Shown piece after piece: positions 19,679 through 30,856 of a DNA stretch of 64,000 bases (its first letter is position 1; every line of letters begins with the position of its first letter). This DNA is from Alphaproteobacteria bacterium. Its GTDB lineage: Bacteria > Pseudomonadota > Alphaproteobacteria > MPNO01 > UBA830. The notes under the pieces were generated by a model. That model searched no databases. It saw only the letters and a list, made by a program, of their open reading frames with translations, and was not told where the DNA came from. The DNA lies in NCBI GenBank assembly GCA_965221485.1, contig OZ244893.1, forward strand, positions 1,929,129 to 1,993,128, written 5' to 3'. Made by a program: the position numbers and the translations under genes.

Positions 19679-20601
19679 CGGAGCAGACTCCCTCGGCGGG
19701 CCAGGATGATTCCGGCCAGTACTGCAACAGCGCCCAGGCCTTGTTGCAAACCGATCTGTTCATCGAACATGACCCAGGCCAGGGCGGCAGCAGTGACCGG
19801 CTGCACGAGAAGACTGATCGATGCGAAGGCCACAGGCAGGTGCGCCAACGCCCATGCGATCAGCCCCTGACCCATGAATTGCGGCCCGGTTCCAAGTGCG
19901 ATGAGTATGACCCAGCCCGCAATCGTGACCGGCACCATAGTCTCACCCAGGACAAGAGCGATCGGCAGGATGATCAGGGCACTGACCGGAACGGCACGGA
20001 TCATGATTGCAATGGTGGAGTAACGAATCCGCAACCGCTGAATGATCATCTGATAGGCCGCATAGAATACGGCCGTCATGACACCGAACAGGTCCCCGAC
20101 AAACTGTGTTGGACTGGTGGACAAACTCGCCTGGGACAGCACCAGAATCCCTGACATGGCAGCCGCAAGCCCGATGAGGAAAGTTCTCGTCACCGCAGTG
20201 CGAAACAGGATCCAACCCGCCAGCACCACGAACACGGGGGCCACATTGGCGAGAAGTGTTGCATTTGCGACTGTTGTGAATTCTATGGAGAAGTGCCAGA
20301 CAGCAATGTCTCCGCCGAGACACGCTCCAGCCAGAATCATGAGCAAGGTATCCCGATGCCCGGGAGACCGTTGCCTGAGCGGCGCCGTGCGGCCACGCGG
20401 CGTTCTTAAGGCCGCTGCAATCACCCAGTAGAGCGGAATGGCGAACAGAAAACGATAAAATCCCGTTGCACTCGGGCCGAGTTCACTCAGCCGGACGAGA
20501 ATGGGCGCAAATGCGATCACAACCGCACCTGTTACCAGCCCCAGGATTGCAATGCGCTGGGCACCGGGCGAAGAGAATTCCTGGAGGGAAGAAGATGCCA
20601 T
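19675..20601 (-). CDS. EamA/DMT family transporter
   Basis: About 10 hydrophobic segments, TTVANATLL motif. 4-bp overlap with glycerate kinase. Confidence 0.88.
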   Translation of the reverse strand: MASSSLQEFSSPGAQRIAILGLVTGAVVIAFAPILVRLSELGPSATGFYRFLFAIPLYWVIAAALRTPRGRTAPLRQRSPGHRDTLLMILAGACLGGDIAVWHFSIEFTTVANATLLANVAPVFVVLAGWILFRTAVTRTFLIGLAAAMSGILVLSQASLSTSPTQFVGDLFGVMTAVFYAAYQMIIQRLRIRYSTIAIMIRAVPVSALIILPIALVLGETMVPVTIAGWVILIALGTGPQFMGQGLIAWALAHLPVAFASISLLVQPVTAAALAWVMFDEQIGLQQGLGAVAVLAGIILARRGSLLR

Positions 20602-20976
20602 CAGGTGGTTTGAGGCCCGATACCGAGACCAGGCATACGCTGGCAGCCGTCATCCCGGGCCCGGATCATGCAAAGAGCAATCTTGTCTTTCGTATCCCGA
20701 GAGCACATGCGCTTCCTGCCCCGGGTATGAGCGTTCAACAGGTTTCCTGTAGAATCAGGGTCTTGGAAATTGATAATGCCACGCAATCAACCGCATCGAC
20801 TGCCATACAACCTGCATCATTTCGGGGGCGTTGTCATTACCGTTTCGAACGACGAAGGAATCTTCGGAACCCATGGCAGCCCTCAGGCAGCAAACGGGAA
20901 GTCCGTGCGGTCGGTCTTTGCATCAGGTCTGGATTGGCGATATATCACCGGCTGAATACGACGGGGAGATACACGG

Positions 20977-21273
20977 ATGGATGAAAATACTCGGACAGAG
21001 CTGGAGGCCGCTGCATTTCGAAGTCTCGTGAACCATTTGCAGGAACGGACTGATGTGCAAAATATCGAACTGATGAATTTGGCAGGCTTCTGCCGCAACT
21101 GTCTCAGCCGCTGGTACCAGGAAGCCGCCAACCAGCGCGGCCTCGAACTCGACAAGGACGGGGCCCGGGAAATTGTCTACGGCATGCCCTTCTCCGAATG
21201 GCGTGACAAGTATCAGACCGAGGCAACACCCGAACAGAAGGCTCGCCTCAAGGACTCCATGAAGGGTCACTGA
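20977..21273 (+). CDS. DUF1244 family protein
   Basis: ELEAAAFR...DVQNIELMNLAGFCRNCLSRWY...YGMP..EW signature. Confidence 0.88.
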   Translation: MDENTRTELEAAAFRSLVNHLQERTDVQNIELMNLAGFCRNCLSRWYQEAANQRGLELDKDGAREIVYGMPFSEWRDKYQTEATPEQKARLKDSMKGH

Positions 21274-21595
21274 TCGCCCTGATCGCGACGAGCGATTGTG
21301 AATTCGGAAACAAGTTCACTGACGGCATTTGGACATTCCGGCGGCCCAACGCCTCGCGGTTACCGGGTAGCGATCGCACTCCGAATTTAGGGTTTCTTCG
21401 GCCGGTCGCCTGGCCAGCAGGAAGCTGCATTGCGCCGGGTATGGGCTCTTCCCTGATAGCCCGCCAGTTCCGACCATTTAATCCTTGCAGGACAGGCGAT
21501 TGCCGTTTCACGGCCAGGCGGAAACGAATATTGTGATTCGCCCGCAGGTCCATACATTGTCTGCCGCAAAATTCTTGAATCAAGGAGCTCCAGGC

Positions 21596-21871
21596 ATGGC
21601 CGATGATTATGTCGCCCAGGAACGGTTACGGTCTTTCGTCGATCGAATAGAACGGTTGGAGGAAGAAAGGGCGACAGTGTCGGCCGATATTCGTGAGGTT
21701 TATTCGGAAGCAAAGGGGAATGGTTTCGACCCCAAGATCATTCGCCGGGTCATCCGCCTGCGGAAGATGGAAGAAAACCAACGCCAGGAAGAAGAATACC
21801 TGCTGGACACCTACCTGGCCGCTCTGGGCATGACCGCGGGGCCCGAATCTTCACAGCAAGGCGGGTCGTAA
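21596..21871 (+). CDS. gapR: Nucleoid-associated protein GapR (DUF2312/UPF0335)
   Basis: LRSFVDRIERLEEE...IREVYSEAKGNGFD...LRK...YLAALGM. AAGGAG RBS precedes ATG 21596. Confidence 0.92.
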   Translation: MADDYVAQERLRSFVDRIERLEEERATVSADIREVYSEAKGNGFDPKIIRRVIRLRKMEENQRQEEEYLLDTYLAALGMTAGPESSQQGGS

Positions 21872-22038
21872 AGGGTCTCTGCGACTGCCCCGCGTTGCTT
21901 CCGTCTCCGGCAAGCGAAGGGACCAGAAGATCCCGCACTGCCGAAAAACTTGGGTCGCGGCTGCTACCCGGCGAATGGAGGGACGGAAACCAGCAAACCA
22001 GTCCTGATTGCAAGCCTCAACAGCTTGAGTGCCGAAAG

Positions 22039-22746
22039 TCAGAATTTCTCGACCCAGGGTCTGAGCTCGATCTCCCATGTCCAGGATGAACGGTGCTGCC
22101 GATGAACATGAAGGTAGGTTTTTGCAATTTCGTCAGGCAGAAGCATCGCATCCTCACCCCGTTCCGCCGCACGTTTGTCATCGGGTCCCTGCAGGATACC
22201 GCCGTCAATGACAAAGTGAGCCACATGGATGTTGCGAGGCTGCAATTCCCGAGCGAGGGATTGCGCCAGACCCCGCAATCCGAACTTGCCCATGGCGAAC
22301 GAGGAAGAATTGGGATACCCCTTGACGCTCGCCGAGGCACCCGTAAGGAGAATCGTGCCGCTACCCCTTGCGATCATCTGGCGCGCAGCCTGGCGGGCCA
22401 CAAGAAACCCGCCAAAACAGCTGATCTCGATGGCGGTACGTACAGCCTCGGGATCAAGGTCCACGATCGGACCGCGAGCCCGGTTCGAGGCGTTATAGAC
22501 CACGATATCGGGCTCTCCCATATCCGCCGTGACCGCTTCGAACAAGGCTTCGACCTGCCCCGGATCAGCTCCATCACAGCTATAGGCCCGGGCCCCGGTT
22601 TCCGAACATAATCCGGAGAGTTTTTCCGTGTTCCGCGCTGCAATCGCAACCTGAATTCCTTCACTCGCAAACAAACGCGTCAATGACGCACTCAATCCTC
22701 GTCCGGCACCAACAATCAGAGCCTTTTCCTGGTCAGCCAATTTCAA
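22039..22746 (-). CDS. Short-chain dehydrogenase/reductase
   Basis: IVGAGRGLS, VVYNAS, TGASAS, FAMGKFGLRGLAQS and WTWEIELRPWVEKF. Confidence 0.9.
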   Translation of the reverse strand: MKLADQEKALIVGAGRGLSASLTRLFASEGIQVAIAARNTEKLSGLCSETGARAYSCDGADPGQVEALFEAVTADMGEPDIVVYNASNRARGPIVDLDPEAVRTAIEISCFGGFLVARQAARQMIARGSGTILLTGASASVKGYPNSSSFAMGKFGLRGLAQSLARELQPRNIHVAHFVIDGGILQGPDDKRAAERGEDAMLLPDEIAKTYLHVHRQHRSSWTWEIELRPWVEKF

Positions 22747-22782
22747 TCTCCCCGAATACGGACGTCCCGTGCCAGCACTGCC

Positions 22783-24567
22783 TCAGGCATACAGGCCTTC
22801 CAGCGCCTCACCATATCTGTCCTTGATAACATGCCGACGGATTTTGAGCGAAGGCGTCATCATCTCATTCTCGATTGTGAATTCCTCATCCATCAGAATG
22901 AAATTGCGAACACGTTCGATCACCGACAGTTCAACATTGATGCGGTTCACCGCGTCCGAAATGGCCTTGCGAAATCCGTCCTCCTTGATCAGAGATGACA
23001 GATCGGCCGGATGACCGCCCGCTTCGGCCCACTCCGCTGCGAAGTCCGGATCCGGCACGATGAGAGCCACCAGATACGGCTTGCGGTCGCCTATGACCAT
23101 CGCCTGGGAAATTTCCGGCTGCCGCGTCAGAAATCCCTCGACTCGCTGCGGAGAAATATTGTCACCACCCGAATTGACAATGATATCCTTCTTGCGATCG
23201 GTAATGACCAGATGGCCATCCTCATCAAACTCTCCGACATCGCCCGTATGCAGCCAACCATCGATGATGGTTTCCGCTGTCTCATCCGGCCTGTTCCAGT
23301 AACCCTGCATCAGCAATTCGCCGCGAACGAGAATTTCTCCGTCATCCGCAATCCGCACCTCGACATCGACAACCGGCGGACCCACAGTCTTCATCTTGTT
23401 CCGGCTGGGAAGGTTGCAGCTGATAACGGGCGCTGCTTCGGTCATGCCATATCCTTGCACCAGAAGCAGACCCAGTGCCTGAAAAAACACTCCGATTTCA
23501 TAGTCCAGCGGCGCACCACCCGAAACGATCGCTTTCAGACGTCCGCCAAACCGCTCGGAAACCTTGGATCGAACCAGCTTGTCCAGCAGAGGATCAAGCA
23601 TGCGATCGGTGATTGACAGCGGCGCGTTTTCATATCGGCGCCTGCCGTTCTCAACCGCCTTCATGAACAGCTTCTCGGAGACACCACCCTTCTGGCGAAT
23701 GCCGCGCAGAATTCGGCCATGCATGGTCTCGTACAGTCGGGGTACAGCCGTCATGATTGTGGGGCGAGCCTCGACCATATTGGCAGCCAGCCGGTCCAGA
23801 CCCTCCGCGTAATAGATCTGCGCCTTGATCGAAAGGGGAAACATCAGTCCCGCCGTGTGCTCGTAGGAATGGGACAACGGCAGGAACGAAAGAAAAACCT
23901 CGTCTCCAAGTCCGAGTTCGCTGATGACCCGATGGGCACCCTTGCAGTTCGAAATGATCGCCCCGTGACTGAGCATCACACCCTTGGGCGTGCCGCCGGT
24001 CCCCGACGTATAAATCAGACAGGAGGTGTCTTCGCGCCGAATTCCGGACACGTCAGGAAGGTAATTTTCATGGCGACCCAGCAGTTCCTCCCAGGCGTAA
24101 CAGGCCACATCCCCTTCCCCAGCCGAATCGCCGAGGGGATCCATCGCAATGACAAACTCAATCCCCGCCTCCCTGGCTGCAGGCAACAGATTACGAGCGA
24201 GATTCGGTCCGGATACGATTACCCCCCTTGCTCCAGAGTCCTTGAGAATATGCAGATGGTCGCTGACCTTGTTGGTGGTATAGGCAGGTACACAAATCGC
24301 GCCGAGAGACATGATGGCGAGGTCGGCGATCATCCACTCGGGCCGGCTTTCGGAAAGCAGCACGACGCGGTCGCCGGCGCTGATGCCCAACGCAGCAAGA
24401 GCCCCGCTCAACGCACCGGATTGGCTGCGTGCCGCGTTCCCCGATACAGGTTGCCATTCGCCATCCGTTTTGCTCCACAGGAATGCCCTGTCACCGATTT
24501 CTGCCGTATTCTGGTAGAACATTGCCGGCAAACTGACATATGAGTCGTAATCCATTGTCACCACCAT
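22783..24567 (-). CDS. Long-chain fatty acid-CoA ligase (AMP-dependent synthetase)
   Basis: YTSGTGGTPKGVMLSH, QGYGMTE, WLHTGDVG and TDRKKD. Confidence 0.93.
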   Translation of the reverse strand: MVVTMDYDSYVSLPAMFYQNTAEIGDRAFLWSKTDGEWQPVSGNAARSQSGALSGALAALGISAGDRVVLLSESRPEWMIADLAIMSLGAICVPAYTTNKVSDHLHILKDSGARGVIVSGPNLARNLLPAAREAGIEFVIAMDPLGDSAGEGDVACYAWEELLGRHENYLPDVSGIRREDTSCLIYTSGTGGTPKGVMLSHGAIISNCKGAHRVISELGLGDEVFLSFLPLSHSYEHTAGLMFPLSIKAQIYYAEGLDRLAANMVEARPTIMTAVPRLYETMHGRILRGIRQKGGVSEKLFMKAVENGRRRYENAPLSITDRMLDPLLDKLVRSKVSERFGGRLKAIVSGGAPLDYEIGVFFQALGLLLVQGYGMTEAAPVISCNLPSRNKMKTVGPPVVDVEVRIADDGEILVRGELLMQGYWNRPDETAETIIDGWLHTGDVGEFDEDGHLVITDRKKDIIVNSGGDNISPQRVEGFLTRQPEISQAMVIGDRKPYLVALIVPDPDFAAEWAEAGGHPADLSSLIKEDGFRKAISDAVNRINVELSVIERVRNFILMDEEFTIENEMMTPSLKIRRHVIKDRYGEALEGLYA

Positions 24568-24666
24568 TGGTAAATCACAAGCCCCGGTCTATATCATATT
24601 CGGATACCGGCCCGGGTTGGAACAGGGCCTGGTCGAATTGAACACAACAGATCCGGAGTACAAGGC

Positions 24667-26454
24667 ATGACGTCGGCGCTGGCAAGCGACACTGCGCTCG
24701 GTCAACTTCCTGAATGGAATCTCGGCGATCTCTATGCCGGCATGGACTGCGAGGAACTCGCGGCAGACATCGCGCGCGCAGACAACAGGGTGTCGTCGTT
24801 TCAGAAGTCCTGGAAAAACAGCCTCGCCGACCTCGACAGCAATGCATTCCAGACCGCGATCGCGGAATATGAAGACATCCAGGAGTTGTTGGGCCGGATC
24901 ATGAGTTATGTGGACCTCCTCCACGCCTCCGATCTTTCCGACACCAGCCTTGCTCGCTTCTGCCAGACGACCCGGGAACAGGTCAACGATATCTCGACGG
25001 GTTTGCTGTTCTTCACAATCGAGATCAATGAGATTGAAGATGCCCGGCTGGAGCCGCTGCTCAGCGGTCCGGCCGGGCGCTACAGACGCTGGATCGAGAC
25101 AGTGCGGGCGTTCCGTCCCCACCAACTGGAGGAGAATCAGGAGCGCCTCCTGCACGAAAAACGGATTGCAGGTGCCGGTGCCTGGACCCGCCTGTTTGAC
25201 GAGACCCTGACTGATCTCCGGTTCGATGTTGATGACCGCTCCATGACCCTGGAAGAGGTTCTCAATCTCCTGACCGATCGCGACACCGATTTGCGCCGCA
25301 AGGCCGCAATATCGCTGGGCGAGGTGCTCGCGCAGAATGGACGCGTCTTTTCGCTCGTCATGAACACCCTGGCGAAGGACAAGGAGATCGAGGACCGCTG
25401 GCGCGGGTTTGTGCAGCCGCAATCATCGCGCAACCTGTCCAATCAGGTCGAGGATAATGTTGTCGACGCGCTCAACGAGGCGGTGCGGGCTGCGTTCCCC
25501 GATATCTCCCACCGCTATTACCGGATGAAAGCATCATGGATGCACAAGGATGTTCTCGACCACTGGGACCGAAATGCGCCACTGCCAGAAGCCGCGGCCG
25601 GAGCTATTTCCTGGCTCGAGGCAAAGGACACGGTCCTTGACGCATACGCGGACTTTTCCGGGGAACTCGCCGATGTCGGGCGGCAATTCTTTGAGCACGA
25701 CTGGATTGACGCGTCATTGCGAGAAGGCAAGGCCTCCGGTGCTTTTGCCCATCCAACGGTTCCCTCGGTCCATCCCTATCTCCTGCTCAACTATCAGGGA
25801 AAGGTCCGCGACGTCATGACCCTTGCCCATGAGCTCGGGCACGGTGTCCATCAGGTCCTGGCGGCGCATCAGGGGGCTCTGCTCTCCGATACACCGCTGA
25901 CACTGGCCGAAACAGCATCGGTGTTTGGTGAAATGCTGACCTTTCGCAAGATGCTCTCTCGGGAAACAGACACCCTCCGCCGCAAGATTATGCTGGCCGG
26001 CAAGGTCGAGGACATGATCAATACGGTGATCCGGCAGATCGCCTTCTACAATTTCGAACTCCGGTTTCACAATACCCGACGCAACGGAGAACTCTCCGGC
26101 GAGGAGATCTGCGACCTGTGGATCGATATCCAGTCGGAAAGTCTCGGGGACGCTGTCCGGCTCGACGATACATATCGCTGGTACTGGGCCTACATCCCGC
26201 ATTTCATTCATTCACCATTCTATGTCTACGCCTATGCGTTCGGCGACTGTCTGGTGAACTCTCTTTATGCCGCTTACGAAACTGCCTCCGCAGGTTTCGC
26301 TGAAAAATACCTGACCATGCTGCGGGCCGGAGGATCGCTTCACCACCGGGATCTGCTCGCTCCCTTCGGACTCGACGCCACCGACCCCGAATTCTGGCAG
26401 CAGGGGTTGGGTGTGATCCGGGGGCTAATTGAAGAACTGGAAGACATCGGCTGA
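24667..26454 (+). CDS. pepF: M3B family oligoendopeptidase F
   Basis: HELGH zincin motif, LAETASVFGE and HFIHSPFYVYAYAFG. Confidence 0.93.
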   Translation: MTSALASDTALGQLPEWNLGDLYAGMDCEELAADIARADNRVSSFQKSWKNSLADLDSNAFQTAIAEYEDIQELLGRIMSYVDLLHASDLSDTSLARFCQTTREQVNDISTGLLFFTIEINEIEDARLEPLLSGPAGRYRRWIETVRAFRPHQLEENQERLLHEKRIAGAGAWTRLFDETLTDLRFDVDDRSMTLEEVLNLLTDRDTDLRRKAAISLGEVLAQNGRVFSLVMNTLAKDKEIEDRWRGFVQPQSSRNLSNQVEDNVVDALNEAVRAAFPDISHRYYRMKASWMHKDVLDHWDRNAPLPEAAAGAISWLEAKDTVLDAYADFSGELADVGRQFFEHDWIDASLREGKASGAFAHPTVPSVHPYLLLNYQGKVRDVMTLAHELGHGVHQVLAAHQGALLSDTPLTLAETASVFGEMLTFRKMLSRETDTLRRKIMLAGKVEDMINTVIRQIAFYNFELRFHNTRRNGELSGEEICDLWIDIQSESLGDAVRLDDTYRWYWAYIPHFIHSPFYVYAYAFGDCLVNSLYAAYETASAGFAEKYLTMLRAGGSLHHRDLLAPFGLDATDPEFWQQGLGVIRGLIEELEDIG

Positions 26455-26462
26455 GAAAGACA

Positions 26463-27812
26463 TTGGCTGATTCCAGGGATACCGACACGCTGGGAGGGCG
26501 GGCCCGGCGTTATGCCAGAGTAGGCCGCACGGTGGGCGGACTGGCCGCCCGCGTTGCGGGTCACCGTTATCTCGGTTTCGAACTTGACAGGGAACGGCAT
26601 GCGGAAGAGCTGCGGGCCGCGCTCGGTGCGCTCAAGGGACCCTTGATGAAGGTGGCCCAGATCATGTCGACGATCCCTGACGTGCTTCCCCAGGAATACA
26701 CGAACGAGCTTCAGGCCCTTCAAGCCGATGCGCCGTCCATGGGGTGGCTGTTCGTACGTCGCCGGATGGCGAAGGAGCTGGGACCGGACTGGCAGGAGCG
26801 CTTTGGCCAGTTCGAGCACGAAGCTTCGGCCGCAGCTTCTCTCGGACAGGTGCACAGGGCTACCTCCCTGGACGGGCAGCCGCTTGCCTGCAAGCTACAG
26901 TATCCCGACATGTCGTCAGCCGTGGAGGCCGATCTCAAGCAACTGCGGGTCATTTTCGCCCTCTATCATCGCTACGACCAATCCATCAACACGAAGGACA
27001 TCCGCCGCGAGATTTCGGATCGCCTGCGCGAAGAGCTGGATTACGAGCTCGAGCGCCGACACATGGATCTGTACCGCCTCATGCTTGCGGAATGCGAGGA
27101 CATCCACGTCCCGGAATCCGTTCCCGAACTCTCGACACGGCGGTTGCTCACCATGTCGTGGCTGGAAGGGACCCGTCTGCTCGACTGGGCGGAAGCGGAT
27201 CAGGAAACCCGTAATCGGGTGGCCCGCAACATGTTCGAGGCATGGTACTTGCCGTTTTATATGCATGGCATCATCCATGGCGACCCCCATCTCGGAAACT
27301 ATTCGGTTCGCCCTGACGCTGCCATCAATCTGCTTGATTTCGGTTGCATTCGCATATTCCGACCGCGGTTCGTTCAGGGCGTGATCGATCTGTACCGGGC
27401 CCTGGAAACCAACGATTCTGATCTGGCCGCCCATGCATATCAGACCTGGGGCTTCACCGATCTCTCGAACGAAGTCCTTGAAATCCTGAATCTCTGGGCT
27501 GCCTTTCTCTATGGCCCTCTGCTTGAAGACCGCAAACGCCGCATCCAGGAAACGAGCGGAACCGCCTATGGTGCCAGCGTAGCGCACAAGGTCCACGAAG
27601 AACTCCGTCGCCTCGGCGGTGTCACACCGCCGCGTGAGTTCGTCCTGATGGACCGGGCCGCTATTGGACTTGGGTCCGTTTTTCTCCGCCTCCAGGCGGA
27701 AATCAACTGGCATGCGCTGTTCCGGGGCATGATCTCCGACTTTTCTGTTGAGGCGCTTCAACAACGTCAGGACCAGAGCCTGCAACAGATCGGAATCACA
27801 GTCCCCGACTGA
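26463..27812 (+). CDS. AarF/ABC1/UbiB-family atypical kinase
   Basis: LKGPLMKVAQ, AAASLGQVHRA, KLQYP, EELDY, HGDPHLGN and LLDFG. Confidence 0.92.
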   Translation: MADSRDTDTLGGRARRYARVGRTVGGLAARVAGHRYLGFELDRERHAEELRAALGALKGPLMKVAQIMSTIPDVLPQEYTNELQALQADAPSMGWLFVRRRMAKELGPDWQERFGQFEHEASAAASLGQVHRATSLDGQPLACKLQYPDMSSAVEADLKQLRVIFALYHRYDQSINTKDIRREISDRLREELDYELERRHMDLYRLMLAECEDIHVPESVPELSTRRLLTMSWLEGTRLLDWAEADQETRNRVARNMFEAWYLPFYMHGIIHGDPHLGNYSVRPDAAINLLDFGCIRIFRPRFVQGVIDLYRALETNDSDLAAHAYQTWGFTDLSNEVLEILNLWAAFLYGPLLEDRKRRIQETSGTAYGASVAHKVHEELRRLGGVTPPREFVLMDRAAIGLGSVFLRLQAEINWHALFRGMISDFSVEALQQRQDQSLQQIGITVPD

Positions 27813-28557
27813 AGGTTCCATAGTATTCGCAGCCGATCTGCCCATGATCGACGGAATCTTCAGGTAGCGTGCGGCATGCAAGAGCCGCCGGCAGGCAATC
27901 CACCGTGGCACTGACAGGCTCCCGGTTCGCCCCGTGACACAGAATGGACCCTGGTTCTTGCAGACAGATTTCTGGCTGCCGGATCACCTGTTGCGGGCAA
28001 TCCCTGGCCGCGGCCCGACTTGCACCGTATTGTCTACGCACTCGCTGGATACGATCACGGCTCGAACCGGTAGCCATAGCGTGGAACAGGAGGTACCAGG
28101 TGAGGATGGAGGCTGTAAACCGCCGCTGCACACGCATCGCGATCTCCGCACCGGTGATCACGACGGTGCCCGCGGTCGGGCGCCAATATCGCTCCTCTCC
28201 CAAAGAGCACGACCTCCATTACGGGCCTGGGTCCCCCAGGATCTCCAGTTCGCAGATCCGACACAGGAAACCCGGGAGAGATCGCTAAATGCCCTCGATA
28301 TATCCGGCGATTGCCTTTTCATCCCGGGACGAGGCATAGTTCCCTCCCGTCAGAATGTCCCGTCCATTGATCAGGCTGACGGAGTATCATCAAGACGGTC
28401 TGCGAAATCATCGAGAGTCCTGAACAGGTCAATGGCACCTGGGGACAGAGACCTTTCGTATCGAGAAGGATTTCGCTCTGAGAGGAAACAGCCTGTGGTG
28501 ACATTCTGCAGCGGACACTCCCCCGATCAGGTTTCCGGAAAGAACCGGGGTCGCACC

Positions 28558-30084
28558 ATGTGCATCGTCCATCTTCTGAAGAAATACTGTCTCATCGGGC
28601 CAGCAGCCGTCATCCTCGGCATATTGGCTCCTGCCACCACTGCACAACCTCTTGTCCTCACCATCGTCCACGTCAATGACTGGGACCGGATGGAAGGTCG
28701 AAATGATGCAGGTGGAGCAGCGCGGATTGCCACGGTCGTCGCTGAGGAACGCGCGCGAGCCAGGGCTCATGGTGGCCACGCTGTCGTCACATTCGGCGGC
28801 GACATGATTTCCCCGTCATTGATGTCCGGGATCGACAAGGGTGCGCACATGATCGCCCTGGCCAATGCCATCGGATTCGACATAGGGACGCTCGGCAACC
28901 ACGAATTCGATTTTGGTGTGGGAGTCCTGCGAAAACGGCTGATGGAATCCCGCATGACCTGGCTTGCAGGAAATGTCCGGTACCGGGGTCAAACGGGGCT
29001 CCCCGAAACACCCGCCACCTTGATCGTTGAGAAAGGGGGTTACCGGATCGGGTTTTTGGGACTCGTCACAACCGACACAGCCAGAATTTCCAGCCCCGGG
29101 CCCGACGTGACCTTCGCGCCCTTCACAGCGTCTGGCGTTGCACTCGCCCGAAAACTGAAAGTGGCCGGGGCCGACCTGGTGATCGCACTCACCCACGACA
29201 ATATCTCCCGCGACCTGTCCCTTCTTGAGAAAGCAAGAGAGATCGACATCCTGCTCGGCGGCCACGATCACCTGTTGCTTGCGCGTTACGACGGCAGGCA
29301 GGCAGTCATGAAGGCCGGCTCGCAGGGAAACCATGTCGCCGTCCTTGATCTCAGGATCGAAAGACGGGAAAACCGCGTGTTCTGGACGCCAGGCTACAAC
29401 CTCCGTTCAACCGAGGGGTTGCCCGGAGACGAGTCGGTTGCAGCAATGGTCGCAACTCACAAACGACAGCTTGATCGCAATCTCGGCGCCGTCATTGGCG
29501 AAAGCGCGACGCCGCTCGTGACCACGCGCAATGCGGTACGATCCGGCGAAACCGCATTCGGGAATCTCGTTGCAGATGCCATGCGAGCCGCAACCGGGAG
29601 CGATATCGCGCTGACCAATGGTGGCGGCATAAGAGGTGATACAGTCCACCCCGGAGGCACGAAACTGACCCGCAAGTTGATTCTTGCCGAGCTTCCCTTC
29701 GGAGACAAGACGGTGAAGCTTCGTCTGACCGGCGACCAGGTCAGGCGGGCGCTGGAAAACGGCGTGAGTCAGGTCGCGCACTTATCCGGCCGGTTTCCGC
29801 AGGTCTCCGGCCTTTCGTTCACGTTTGACTCCCGGAAGCCTGCAGGATCCCGCATCACACGAATCACGATAGACGGAAAGAGGCTCGATCCCCGGGCAAC
29901 CTACACGCTCGCTACAGTCGACTTCCTGGCGAACGGTGGAGACGGCTATACAATGTTCCGGTCTGGCGAGGCTTTGATCGATTCCCGATCAGGCGGGCTG
30001 ACCGCGACGCAATTGATCGATCTTATCGCTGCCGTCGGCATTGTCTCTCCGAAAATCGAAGGAAGGATCGTTCGGGAGCCATAA
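28558..30084 (+). CDS. Bifunctional metallophosphatase/5'-nucleotidase (exported)
   Basis: Signal peptide from ATG 28558. HVND, GGDMISPS, GNHEFD, GGHDH and C-terminal NGGGIRG...LPFG. The track extension from 27934 is probably non-coding. Confidence 0.9.
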   Translation: MCIVHLLKKYCLIGPAAVILGILAPATTAQPLVLTIVHVNDWDRMEGRNDAGGAARIATVVAEERARARAHGGHAVVTFGGDMISPSLMSGIDKGAHMIALANAIGFDIGTLGNHEFDFGVGVLRKRLMESRMTWLAGNVRYRGQTGLPETPATLIVEKGGYRIGFLGLVTTDTARISSPGPDVTFAPFTASGVALARKLKVAGADLVIALTHDNISRDLSLLEKAREIDILLGGHDHLLLARYDGRQAVMKAGSQGNHVAVLDLRIERRENRVFWTPGYNLRSTEGLPGDESVAAMVATHKRQLDRNLGAVIGESATPLVTTRNAVRSGETAFGNLVADAMRAATGSDIALTNGGGIRGDTVHPGGTKLTRKLILAELPFGDKTVKLRLTGDQVRRALENGVSQVAHLSGRFPQVSGLSFTFDSRKPAGSRITRITIDGKRLDPRATYTLATVDFLANGGDGYTMFRSGEALIDSRSGGLTATQLIDLIAAVGIVSPKIEGRIVREP

Positions 30085-30856
30085 ACCGGTCCGGGCACGC
30101 TCCTTTTGACCTTCCGCACCCGCGAAGCAGATTCCGGCGCAAGTCGGTCAGGAACCCCTCAGATTCGTGGCTGTCCTGACCCGGAAGAGTCTGTCGGCGT
30201 CAGGAGCCGCGTCCGGATTGCCCGCCGTTTGGGCAATGCACCGCGAGGAGGTGAACACGCGCGGCAACAGGATCCCTCATGTTCATAACGTACGTTGTCC
30301 AGGATATTCCCACCCTGACAATTCGGGACGGTTTACGGGCCGGACCGGACCTTGACTGTCAGTCCGGTTAATTCTGGCCGAAACGTGACAGACCTGCCTC
30401 CGGACCGGGCAAGTAATGTTGCTGCATTGCCGACGGGAGGAGCGATGCATGTTTCCGTCGGCCAGGGTGTTGCCGCAAGGGCGAACAGGACTCTCACGAC
30501 CCGGTAGTTGAAAGCGTTCGGTGATGTGCTGGCGCATCGGCGTCGGACAGGCCATTCTGGCCGGCCGGACCGCGCCAGGATCGCCCGGCATCGCGCAACA
30601 CATGATGGCGTTTGAGTCAGCGATCCCGATACATCCCCGACTGGCGCCCCGGCTGCCTGAAACCTTGGCGGCAGCCCGAAACACAGGCGTGCGAAGCAGA
30701 TCCAGCAGGCCCGACTGGCATCAGCAGAAAACACGGCATGCCAACGCAATCCCCGAGTTCGATGTCGCCCGACCGGGAAACAGATGATCCTGAGGGGCCC
30801 CGGTTCGCGGTACCCGGCAAACGTCTGCTGCCAGCACCGATATCCCGCTCATGCGA

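Noticed and set aside
27813-28557. N-terminal 208-aa extension of the 5'-nucleotidase and Cys-rich minus ORF 27796-28203
   Set aside because: No recognisable motif (no CxxCH), and the signal peptide begins at 28558. Treated as intergenic.
30085-30856. 770-bp gap after bioA: possible bioD remnant or structured RNA (hairpin GCCGACGG/CCGTCGGC at 30430-30462)
   Set aside because: No GTDTxVGKT motif in any listed frame, and no RNase P, tmRNA or SRP signature. Isolated stems are expected at this GC content.
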